Shown piece by piece: positions 1 through 9,400 of a stretch of DNA of 27,315 nucleotides. The notes beneath the pieces are model-generated. The model did not search any database and was not told where the DNA came from. It saw only the letters and a list, made by a program, of their open reading frames with translations. Every line of letters starts with the position of its first letter. The stretch's first letter is position 1. The position numbers and the translations under genes were made by a program. This DNA comes from a virus (Duplodnaviria; Caudoviricetes), in the IMG/VR virus record IMGVR_UViG_3300031519_000174, positions 1 through 27,315 of that record; one strand, written 5' to 3'.

Positions 1-102
1 TCCTACTCAAATTAGTTTATTGTTAATTATTGATTGAATTTTTGTTATGTCAAGTTATTGATGAACTACTATCCTTGACAATTCAATCCTGTATTCATCT
101 AC

Positions 103-112
103 TATAAATATC
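103..112 (-). promoter_or_regulatory. GATATTTATA putative phage promoter
   Basis: Exact copy just after the GH6 stop, pointing to a gene beyond the left edge of the window. Confidence 0.6.
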
Positions 113-116
113 ATAT

Positions 117-953
117 TTATTTTTTATTATGTATTAAATCAAGGGCCAAATTATGTGAAAATCTACCGGCCTTGGGGCCACCATTTACCTTACCATCACT
201 TTCACCAGGTACCTTTATCCAAAGGTAAGCATCTACTATTTCATCACAAGTTTGAGTGGTTGGTGGTTCTCCTATTGAACGACCAAATGGATTAAAGTGT
301 TCTGAATTAGCACCATTACCATTTCTTGAGGTGTCTATTACGAAGTGTGTATTATTAAGTCGTTTTGAAATCTTTTTTCCATATTCATAACAAGTAGTGG
401 TTGCATAATAGTTACTCGTGTTGAGTGCAAAACCTTTTATTTTGTGAACATCACATAAATCTAAATAACTTACAGCCTTGTCGGTGGATAACCATTTTGG
501 ATTTCCTATATCTATGTAAACTGATGCACTTGTTCTACTCAATAATTCAATACTTGCCTTGATGAGTTTCATCCTATCTAATCCATCAACCACCCCCATT
601 TGTTCCATATGTGGAATACAATCAGGTTCGTATATTACAATTGGAGATTTATCACCGAGTGCATTACAAAATTCTTGAATGAATTCTAAATACTCATCAT
701 CAGAATCTGCACCACCTTTTGAATGGTGACCTAAGTCTCGTTGTGGAATTGAGTATATGACTAATGTGGGTAAATATGGATGTGCTCGTTTGAGTAATCG
801 TTGTATGGAATGTTTGGTCTTTCTAATGGTTCTTTTAGGCCCGACTCCATACCAAAAGGCTATCGGTTCTTTTGTAATCTCTTTTATTTGTGGATATTTA
901 AAACAAACATCTTCTCTACTATTCCAATCTGGATAATAAAACCTATAATTCAT
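117..953 (-). CDS. Glycoside hydrolase family 6 (cellulase-like) catalytic domain
   Basis: GH6 signatures in order: YSIPQRD...S.GGA, VIYEPD (catalytic acid Asp), YIDIGNPKW, GFALNTSNY, FVIDTSRNGNG, NP.GR.IG.PPT, DAYLWIKVPGESDG. No signal peptide or CBM. Overlaps the upstream ORF by 11 nt. Confidence 0.92.
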   Translation of the reverse strand: MNYRFYYPDWNSREDVCFKYPQIKEITKEPIAFWYGVGPKRTIRKTKHSIQRLLKRAHPYLPTLVIYSIPQRDLGHHSKGGADSDDEYLEFIQEFCNALGDKSPIVIYEPDCIPHMEQMGVVDGLDRMKLIKASIELLSRTSASVYIDIGNPKWLSTDKAVSYLDLCDVHKIKGFALNTSNYYATTTCYEYGKKISKRLNNTHFVIDTSRNGNGANSEHFNPFGRSIGEPPTTQTCDEIVDAYLWIKVPGESDGKVNGGPKAGRFSHNLALDLIHNKK

Positions 954-1374
954 CTTTTAATTTTTGATCAGTCTCCCAAGTATCTACATTTACAATCGTG
1001 TGAATTCGTGTTTTAATTTTATTCAACCCATCATCATTTACTAATAATAATGTGTTCTGATATTCTTCCCAAGGCACAGGAAATGTTTTATCCAATACAC
1101 CATTGTTTCTCTCTCTGATAATCTGATTTAACGAATTAATGGTATAAAGTGTATTGGTTTGTTTCTTTCTATGAAGTGCTATTGTATCAACACCTTCTAT
1201 AAAATTATCTTGGTTTTGTGGTATATTGTATGTGCAGATTAGTGAATGACTATCTTCTTCATTTTGAAACACATAAACCTTATTAAATACTATATCGTGG
1301 CACTCAATAATCAAACCTACGGTTTCGTAGAGTCTATTTCGTTTAGTGAATGTGCAGAGTAGTTGAGTTCTCAT
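943..1374 (-). CDS. Phage hypothetical protein (TQLLCTF...HRKKQTNTLYTIN type)
   Basis: 143-aa ORF coupled to both neighbours (TAATG overlap at 1374). Function not recognised. Confidence 0.75.
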   Translation of the reverse strand: MRTQLLCTFTKRNRLYETVGLIIECHDIVFNKVYVFQNEEDSHSLICTYNIPQNQDNFIEGVDTIALHRKKQTNTLYTINSLNQIIRERNNGVLDKTFPVPWEEYQNTLLLVNDDGLNKIKTRIHTIVNVDTWETDQKLKDEL

Positions 1375-3578
1375 TAGTTAGTTTTACCCTTTACGTATGC
1401 TTCTTTTACGCGGGATTTTGTACCCTCAAATACCCAACTAAAACCAGCATCACCGTTATTAGTACCTACTCTATTTTCAGTATACTCCGCTCCATCTTCT
1501 CCGATACCCTCTATAAACCAAATCGTAAATGTATAAAAATTTTTAGAACCACCTTTAGTAATACCAGTTCCAAGTATTATTTTATTTCCCACTTCACTTA
1601 CTTTTAATGCCTCTTGGTCAATAAATTCTACACTACCACCATAATATGAATGGGGAGCTGTACTATTCTTTTCATTTCTACCATATACTTTCCATATTGG
1701 AAGAGAGCTTCTACCAAACTTCATTTCCTTTTCAAGTTTAATAAAATCATTTAAAAGTGATTGAACATCTTTTGTTTTTTTCTTTCCATCCTTTACCATA
1801 GAAATTAATAAATCGGCGGTAACGTAATTGGACATTAGTTTGTAAATACTTACTAAGTCCATTGACACTTTTGTCTTTAAGTCTGATTCTTTCTTAACAG
1901 CTATTGCCGATGGAGCTGATGTTTTTACTAAACTATCTACCATACTCTGTGTCAATGTAATAGCATCGTCTAATGCCGCTTGGTCATTAGCTAAAACTTT
2001 TAATTTCTCATCAAAACTTAACTTACCAGCAGTTTTCTCAAGTAATAAATTATCGTCTTGATACTCCCCCTTAACTATACCCTCTTTTACCGCTTTCTTA
2101 ACGGCACCTCTAAACTTTTTATTTTTCTTAAAAAAATTATTTATAGTACTTTTCTTTCCTTTCTTACCATTCCATTTATTTAAAAATTTATTTCCTATAT
2201 TAAATACTTTAGAAGCAATATCTGTTATTTTAGAAATTACAGACTTTCCTATTTGTTTTACTTTATCAAATGCTTTACTTAAAAACCCTTCACCTAAAAA
2301 ATCAATTATATATTCCGTATTTTTTTTCATTCCAAAATGTACTCTAACCAATGCACTAATTTTACCCAATTGTGCTCCACCAGACTTTGCCTTCATTGAC
2401 ATTTGAATAAATTCCGTACCAGTCTTTTTTGTGTCCTCATTAGGTCCATCGTGTATATAACATACACCACTTGACTTATTATAACTTATATGTCGGTAAA
2501 CACCTGGTGATATAGGATCTCCTATCTCTGCTACCAAAGCATCATCAGTGCTGGCATTTGTAAGAACCATGTCTGCTGTATTTTTTTTAGAGCCCGAAGT
2601 ATCAACTGACGCATTAGCTCTAAGAGCTTTATAATAATCTTCTATTTTTGCATGAACAATTGTTGTACCCACATTATTATGTTTAAAATCAATCATACCG
2701 GCCGCTAAAATGGCTAAACGATACCAATTATCTATTGAAGCTGAATCTAATTTTGACTTAATAGCACTAACACCCTTCGAAGCAAAATTACCTTTACCTA
2801 ATGAACTTTGCACATCGTCTGTAAGTTCTTTTTGGAGTTTACCTACTTTTTTTTCATCTTTTGATGCCATTGCGGTTGCTAGGGGAGTAGCATAATCTTT
2901 TTTTAAATAAAGACCTAATCCTTGAGCTGTTTCTAATGATGCATCCATCCAATCAATCGCATTAGCTGGTTTTGCCTTTGAAAATTTAGCCAAGTTATTG
3001 TTAACCGAATCAATAACATAAGTAACTCCATCATCACCTTTCATAGTAACTTGTGTACCACCCCCTTTAATCTTTACATAATTTACACTTGACTTTTTAA
3101 TATCTGTAATGTCATTTTGTTTTATAAAAAGTTGAGAAGCATTAAACTTTTTTCCACTATCTTTAAAATCACCAGACTCTTCATCATAATTCAAAATAGT
3201 CTGACCATCAAAAATAGATAAACCAGCATCACTTGTTATTTGAAATGCATCACCAGATGAATATTTTGATTGGTAAATTCTTGCCTCGGTAACAAAATCA
3301 TCATCTGAAAGATTCTCTTCTAACCAAGAATAAAACTTATCATCAAGGACAATCTCTTTAGACTCTAATCTATTAAATTTATCATCATCACTTATTTCTT
3401 TTCCATTCCTTAAATTACCAATAAACTCATTTAGAGCATAGGTGTTTTTCCTAAACTCATCATCGTGTTTTATTATGGATTCTCGTAACCAGGCAAGGTG
3501 ATTGGAATTAGTCAAATCCAAACCATCTTTCCCACACTTGTGTGCAAAATCTTTTAATATTTTATTCCAATTTATCAT
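1374..3578 (-). CDS. Large hypothetical protein, possibly an internal virion protein with a PD-(D/E)XK-like nuclease motif
   Basis: 734-aa ORF with an ATGA overlap with polA. Contains NTADMVL...IQMSMK and several [L/V]xE sites. The ORF is secure; the function is inferred. Confidence 0.6.
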   Translation of the reverse strand: MINWNKILKDFAHKCGKDGLDLTNSNHLAWLRESIIKHDDEFRKNTYALNEFIGNLRNGKEISDDDKFNRLESKEIVLDDKFYSWLEENLSDDDFVTEARIYQSKYSSGDAFQITSDAGLSIFDGQTILNYDEESGDFKDSGKKFNASQLFIKQNDITDIKKSSVNYVKIKGGGTQVTMKGDDGVTYVIDSVNNNLAKFSKAKPANAIDWMDASLETAQGLGLYLKKDYATPLATAMASKDEKKVGKLQKELTDDVQSSLGKGNFASKGVSAIKSKLDSASIDNWYRLAILAAGMIDFKHNNVGTTIVHAKIEDYYKALRANASVDTSGSKKNTADMVLTNASTDDALVAEIGDPISPGVYRHISYNKSSGVCYIHDGPNEDTKKTGTEFIQMSMKAKSGGAQLGKISALVRVHFGMKKNTEYIIDFLGEGFLSKAFDKVKQIGKSVISKITDIASKVFNIGNKFLNKWNGKKGKKSTINNFFKKNKKFRGAVKKAVKEGIVKGEYQDDNLLLEKTAGKLSFDEKLKVLANDQAALDDAITLTQSMVDSLVKTSAPSAIAVKKESDLKTKVSMDLVSIYKLMSNYVTADLLISMVKDGKKKTKDVQSLLNDFIKLEKEMKFGRSSLPIWKVYGRNEKNSTAPHSYYGGSVEFIDQEALKVSEVGNKIILGTGITKGGSKNFYTFTIWFIEGIGEDGAEYTENRVGTNNGDAGFSWVFEGTKSRVKEAYVKGKTN

Positions 3579-4846
3579 AATCGCTCCGTTATATCAACCA
3601 TCTCGTGATAGTTTGTCCCCTTACCTGACTTTGTAGGAAATAACCCATTACTTTCAATAATTTTTTTAATATCTTTCAAAAAATCAACTCCATCTTCTAA
3701 GTTAAAGTCGAATAGAAAAGAATCATAACTATATAAGATTAACTTACTCTTATATGATTCCATAAATGGAATAAGGTTAGTTAATATCTTCATATTGTTT
3801 TCAGTTTCCATCAACTGAATCATATAATTAAATATCTTATTCCGATTCATATCGGCTTGGTTTTTTCTATATATCTTCTTACTATAAATATCAGATTGTA
3901 TAAATTTTTGGTCTTTATACAACTTCCAAGTCTCATTAATATAAGTATGTACTTTTTCAAAGAATGGGTTGGTTTTTACGACTTCTTGTGGAATATGACC
4001 ATATAAATACTTAAAAGACAGATTCTTAGACTCTTGGTAATCACATCCATAATACTTAGACATATGTTCATGAACTGAACCACTTGGAAAAGAATAATTT
4101 AATAAATTTCCAATTAATCTCAAGTGATACGCATCATAATCAAATTCGACCAACATACCTTTATCAAATCTACTCTTAAATGGTTTTCTTGATTCATCTG
4201 ATTTGTTTAGAGCTGCAAAGTTAATCCCACCAAACCTATTAGATGGACGACCTGTTGATGTGTATGGATTGTATTCAGAATATACCATCTTGTCATCATG
4301 TCTCAACCCAGCACTTTCTATATAGGTTAAATTATCAATTATCTCATCATTATACTCTTGATGAACTTCCAAGTCAATATATTTTTGATACTCATTGGAT
4401 AACTTTCTACATAATTCTAAATGTTTTAATAGTGGAATTACACGATTTATATTTTTTGACTTATAATACTTCCTGCTAAAATAATCATGTGAATTTGTAC
4501 TGATGTTTTCAATAGAAAGTGGTTTATTGTATTCCATATAGTATTGAAGATTAATATCTATAACATTATCCCACTTAACTATATGATTGAATTGTTTTTT
4601 ATCATAAACATATTTCTTACATTGTGAATTTAACTTACTGAATACCGATTCATCAAGATTTATTGATTCTCCGTGACTAAATGGCAAAATATACTCACTA
4701 CCATCTATCAATTTAATATAAATGGCACACAATGTGTTCTCTAAAGGATGTAAATTAATATCAGATAATATTGGAATTATAATACAATCTGATTCTTTGT
4801 ATTTCTCTAAAAAACTCTCAAACTCTGTTGGGTTTTCTATTATCAT
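3575..4846 (-). CDS. polA: Compact family-A DNA polymerase
   Basis: TSTGRPS (TGRLS-like), motif A LVEFDYDAYHLRLI, motif B ESKNLSFKYLYG, NYMIQ..E, motif C LILYSYDSFLFD. The N-terminal region resembles a degenerate 3'-5' exonuclease fold. Confidence 0.85.
   Translation of the reverse strand: MIIENPTEFESFLEKYKESDCIIIPILSDINLHPLENTLCAIYIKLIDGSEYILPFSHGESINLDESVFSKLNSQCKKYVYDKKQFNHIVKWDNVIDINLQYYMEYNKPLSIENISTNSHDYFSRKYYKSKNINRVIPLLKHLELCRKLSNEYQKYIDLEVHQEYNDEIIDNLTYIESAGLRHDDKMVYSEYNPYTSTGRPSNRFGGINFAALNKSDESRKPFKSRFDKGMLVEFDYDAYHLRLIGNLLNYSFPSGSVHEHMSKYYGCDYQESKNLSFKYLYGHIPQEVVKTNPFFEKVHTYINETWKLYKDQKFIQSDIYSKKIYRKNQADMNRNKIFNYMIQLMETENNMKILTNLIPFMESYKSKLILYSYDSFLFDFNLEDGVDFLKDIKKIIESNGLFPTKSGKGTNYHEMVDITERL
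3883..3892 (-). promoter_or_regulatory. GATATTTATA putative internal promoter within polA
   Basis: The 13-mer TGATATTTATAGT is identical to the copies at 101-113 and 17035-17047. Confidence 0.45.
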
Positions 4847-4936
4847 TATAACCTATTTTTTCTTTACATATATAACTATATGTTGGAAAGTTCTTATGTC
4901 GATATATTTTCTATTCTCAAAAAACCAAGTGAGGAA

Positions 4937-5632
4937 TTATTCCCACCCATTCACTTCACTCCATATTTCAGTTGTTTTTGGGAAAACATCAAACATTAAC
5001 TTCTGTAATGTTTTAGCATATTCTTGGATTTCCCATTGAGATGTCTTTTCGGCTCTTAACTCTATAAAGTTCATAATAGCTTGAAATGATGCTGTCCAAT
5101 AAACTTCCGTGTATTGATTCAATGGTAGGATAGCTCTTGCTTGTTCTTTACCCACACCCATATCTAACAAAGTTTGGTATTGTTTTTTAGAGTGATACAT
5201 GGCCATTTCCCAATGATGTAAAGCCTTATCTTGATCCTCAATAGCACCTTCTGTTGCTTGTTTGTTATCTTCTGATTGTTTTCTAAATACAGATGGTGTA
5301 TAGAAATCTTCTACTGGTACATACCGACCACTAATCTCATTCCAAGCGTGGTCTTTAGTAGCCGAGTTAGATGTAGTCTCAATACCAACAACGTGTTTAT
5401 ACCATTGTCTCATAACGAACTCTGGTGCCTTAACGTGAAATTGAACTTGAAGATGCCTAAATGGACTAAAGTGTTTATATTTAGCAAGATAGCGAACTAA
5501 ACGTTCATCTGATTTGTCAAATTTTTCTTTTCTTTTACCAAATGATACACGAGCAGAATTAACTACTGTTAAATCATTACCAAGTGAATCTACAACCTCA
5601 ATAAAGCCCTTATCTAAGACTTGTTTTTTCAT
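4937..5632 (-). CDS. thyX: Flavin-dependent thymidylate synthase ThyX
   Basis: VNSARVSF, H.SPF.H, APEFVMRQW.KH, WNEISGRY, EQARAILP, LR, QWEI. Confidence 0.95.
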   Translation of the reverse strand: MKKQVLDKGFIEVVDSLGNDLTVVNSARVSFGKRKEKFDKSDERLVRYLAKYKHFSPFRHLQVQFHVKAPEFVMRQWYKHVVGIETTSNSATKDHAWNEISGRYVPVEDFYTPSVFRKQSEDNKQATEGAIEDQDKALHHWEMAMYHSKKQYQTLLDMGVGKEQARAILPLNQYTEVYWTASFQAIMNFIELRAEKTSQWEIQEYAKTLQKLMFDVFPKTTEIWSEVNGWE

Positions 5633-5656
5633 TTTATAACCCTTTATTTAATAATA

Positions 5657-5675
5657 ATATATATTAAGTAAAAAT
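5657..5675 (-). repeat. 19-nt intergenic element ATTTTTACTTAATATATAT, copy 1 (upstream of thyX)
   Basis: Exact match to 20391-20409. Confidence 0.6.
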
Positions 5676-5688
5676 TTCAAAATACAAA

Positions 5689-6471
5689 TTAATATCCAGA
5701 ATTTCTCCTAAGATTTCGAGTAGGAATTGATGTACCACTACTTGTGGTTATCTCGTCATTTCGTCTAAGTGAATTAAGATATTGTTGATGTGTTGCTCCT
5801 GGCATCACACTTCCGTCTGGCATAGTATGTGTTCCACTTAATCCAAGTGCACTTCCAACATTACTTGCATCAGATTGATGTCCATATGTGTGTGGGTTGT
5901 GTAGTAGTCTTTCGAGTAAAGTTTGTTTTTTACTTTCTAATGTTTCTTCTCCAATATAGAATTCAAGTGGATCTAAATAATATCTCATTCCTTCCATTTC
6001 TTCTTCTGCAACTTCGAGGGACTCTGTATTTTTTTTCTGTACGTTTTCTTTTATACCTGATATTTCCCATTGAAGTGATACATAAGTATAAACATCTGAA
6101 CTGCCTACTAGACCAGTATCTATTTCAATAATAGACTTATCCACATCAAGTAGATATTTTGCAAATGACCTACCAATACTATTTTTTTTCCTCATGGTAT
6201 TGGTGATGATTGGTTGGGATGATTTTAAGTAAACCTCTCGTTGTAAATTATCTTTTGCTTCCTTATATTTACTAAATAAAGTTTTATCTGATGGATTTTT
6301 TGCAAATATAGGTTGTGTATCAACATCTACAAACATTTCAATTTTATCTTTAGTGTAGACTAGATAAACTAATCTATCTTCCCTAAGTGGATATCCATCT
6401 TGATATACAAATTGGTGTTTGACTGACTTATATGGTCCCAATACCCTTTCAAATTCATCATTAATTGCCAT
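5689..6471 (-). CDS. Hypothetical protein at the end of the tail/baseplate operon, with a His/Met-rich C-terminal motif
   Basis: 260-aa ORF starting 11 nt after the hub-gene stop. Contains HTMPDGSVMPGATH. Confidence 0.7.
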   Translation of the reverse strand: MAINDEFERVLGPYKSVKHQFVYQDGYPLREDRLVYLVYTKDKIEMFVDVDTQPIFAKNPSDKTLFSKYKEAKDNLQREVYLKSSQPIITNTMRKKNSIGRSFAKYLLDVDKSIIEIDTGLVGSSDVYTYVSLQWEISGIKENVQKKNTESLEVAEEEMEGMRYYLDPLEFYIGEETLESKKQTLLERLLHNPHTYGHQSDASNVGSALGLSGTHTMPDGSVMPGATHQQYLNSLRRNDEITTSSGTSIPTRNLRRNSGY

Positions 6472-6482
6472 ATTACTTCCTA

Positions 6483-9400
6483 TTAATCCATCGGTTCACG
6501 AAAATTAAATTGTCTAGCCACATCTGCAGAAAATCCGGTTGTATTGTCATTATAAGCCACTGCCTTTATTTCTCCTGTTGGAGTTGATACGGACTTTGTT
6601 ATCTTTTTTGTTTTCTTTTCTGTTTTCTTTTTGGTAAATTTAGCCTTGAGACTCTCATAAAAAGACATTTCTGAATCTTTTTTCTTCAATATTTTCTCAA
6701 ATGAGTCCAAGTCGTTTTGCATTTCTGGTGTAATTTTAACACCTTCATCTGGATAGTCTCGGTTCTCAGTAAGGTCTGGTAATCCACCAGGCAACATTGA
6801 TCCAGGATCTAATCCTTGTTCTTTAGCATACGCTTTCTTCTTTTCACGAAGATCATTACCCGGCCTGATACTATTGATGTTTTCTTGTATTTCAGCTTCT
6901 GATGGAATTCTGAGTTTATCTAATCCAGCAACTCTCATTTGTCCTTTCAGAGTGGTAGTCCATCCAGCTGAATCTATTTTATGTGAGGCACCTATAACTT
7001 GAAAACACATTCTCTCCATATAGGATTGAGGTAGATAGGAACTGTGAAATGAATTACCAGGAAATATACCACCCGTTCCATCTATTTCAATCTCAAGTTC
7101 TATTGGAACAAGCGGATCAGTTGTTTTTACTATTCCTCCATCTTCACCCTTTAGTGTTGATTTCAGTAGTGCGTGATATTCTGCTTTCATTACTGGCCAT
7201 TTATTGTGTTTAGCACTATTCGAGTTATGATTTACTGTTACACCTGAATATTCCACTATATTGTCATAAAGCAACTTCATCGCACCCTTATTGGTTGTTG
7301 TTGAATTAAAGGTATCTATTTGTTTCTCTGCTTCGTTCTGCTGCTTCTCCAAACTCCATTCAGGTCCAAAAAAACCACCAGAGATACTTTTATCGTATTC
7401 TGCTTGAGTCTCAAATCCTGATGATTCGAATAATCTTTTTTTGAATTCTTTCGTTAAAAATACATCCATTACCTCATTTATACCCTTTCCAAAGCTATCA
7501 TTTAGGACAGATAAGTCTTTATCACTTAAATCTTCGTAAATATCGGTAGTGTTTACTGATTTTCCAACTTTCCATTGTAATGGTTTATTATCATTGGCAG
7601 TAGCATTACCAAATGTAAATTGATTACCTTTCTCTCCTCGCCTAAATGGTTCTTCTACACTTCCCAATAAAGAATCTAACAATTTTTGTTCTTTATTTTC
7701 ATCTTCCTCAACTTCTCTTTCGTTTCTTCCCATTGCAATTGCTCCCCAATCTTCCATCGTGTCTATGAGACCATCACCAACTTCTGGAGAATTATTACCA
7801 TACATTGCTGCAACCTGCATCCTACTTGGGAGTTTTGCACTTAAATTTTGACTTTTTACGATTGAGTTTTTTTCCCATATTGGAAAAACAAATACTCCAT
7901 CATTTTGGTATCCCGCATCTACTGATATTGGATTACGACTTGTGTTTTCTAAAACTTTTGAAACTTTTTTACTGGCAAATTCCCTATCCTTAATCATCAA
8001 CCTACCTTCTTTATCATCAAACTCTATACCAAAATCGTAAATGCCACCATATGCTGCAGAAAACTTACTCCAAACCGAATCTATTCCTTCTTTTATTGTT
8101 GATTTATCAAAACACTCGGTTAAAAATTCATGCCCAAAGTATATGTTTCGAATCACCCCATTAGAACTTGTATCGGTTTTAAATGGTCTAAAGTATGCCT
8201 CATCATCGTTCCATGTAGCAGTTTCACTTCCTAAAAATGATTTTTTCCATCTGTAAGTAACTGTACCTTTATCATCTTGACCTTGATAAAGTCCATTTCC
8301 ACTAACATTGGCCTTTTGTAAATAAGGTGGTGCAAACATCAGTTTGAAAGCTCCAAGAGTCGTGCTCTCATGATATGAGTTAAGTTCAGGAATTAATTTA
8401 CTATTATCTTGTCTTAGTGTCGTGTTTTTCCAAAAATTTTCATCATCAGATACCTGTTCGGGATAAACCCAAAACCAACCCTTTGGACTAAAATCGATAG
8501 GCAAAATTTCTCGTGAAACCCTCATCAATGTTGGTTGAACATCAATTTGTTTACCCTCATCATCATATATGTTTTCAATACTACGAAATTCACCAACTAC
8601 AGTATTCTTATCTGCGTTTATTTGACCTGCAAATCTACTCAGAACATTATCTTCGAACCAACCCCAAGTACAATATGGTGTATCTCCACCCAATATGTAG
8701 GCTATAGAACCTTTAGAATTTAATGCATTTAAATGTAAGTGTCCTTCTAACGACATCATATATGATTTAAAACTATAATAGGGATTTTTATCTGCTATTT
8801 GACTTGAGGAAGATTCATCAGTTTTTAGCCAATAAGTCTTAGGGCTTACAATAGGAAGATTTGCAATATGACCATCTACACTTTCCTTAGAATCCATCTT
8901 CCGCATAGTATTAACTCCCATCGAAACCAAGTCTGTTGTACAATCAAATCCACCAGTTTCATTAACACTAAATTCAAAGTTATTTATTGTTCCCAATACT
9001 GCATCATAATGTCCTTTTTGTTCTAATATAAATTCAGGAATTTTTTCCTGTAATGAACCAGATGCTGCACCAGCTCCATTAATTAAATCTTCATTTATTT
9101 CACCATTTTCTTTTATGATGTCTAACATCATCGGTGCATCCGAACCTTGAAATCCCCATCCAAATTCTATCAGAACATTCTTACCATGTGTTAAGAAAAA
9201 TGGTTTGAATTTTTGTAATTCTTCCCATGTCCAACAAGTCCAACTGATAGATGTTTTTCTCGTGGCACCTATCTTCATACCACCACCAGCATATTCAACA
9301 TTTACATCCTTCACTCCTGCCATTGGTCGTAAGTTTGGATTTTCTTCCTTTACCCCACCACTTTTTGGCCCATAGACCGACAATCCCTTTCTATACTGGC

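Noticed and set aside
69-98. Micro-ORF MNTGLNCQG right after the promoter motif
   Set aside because: Only 9 codons with no supporting evidence. The region is better explained as a leader hairpin.
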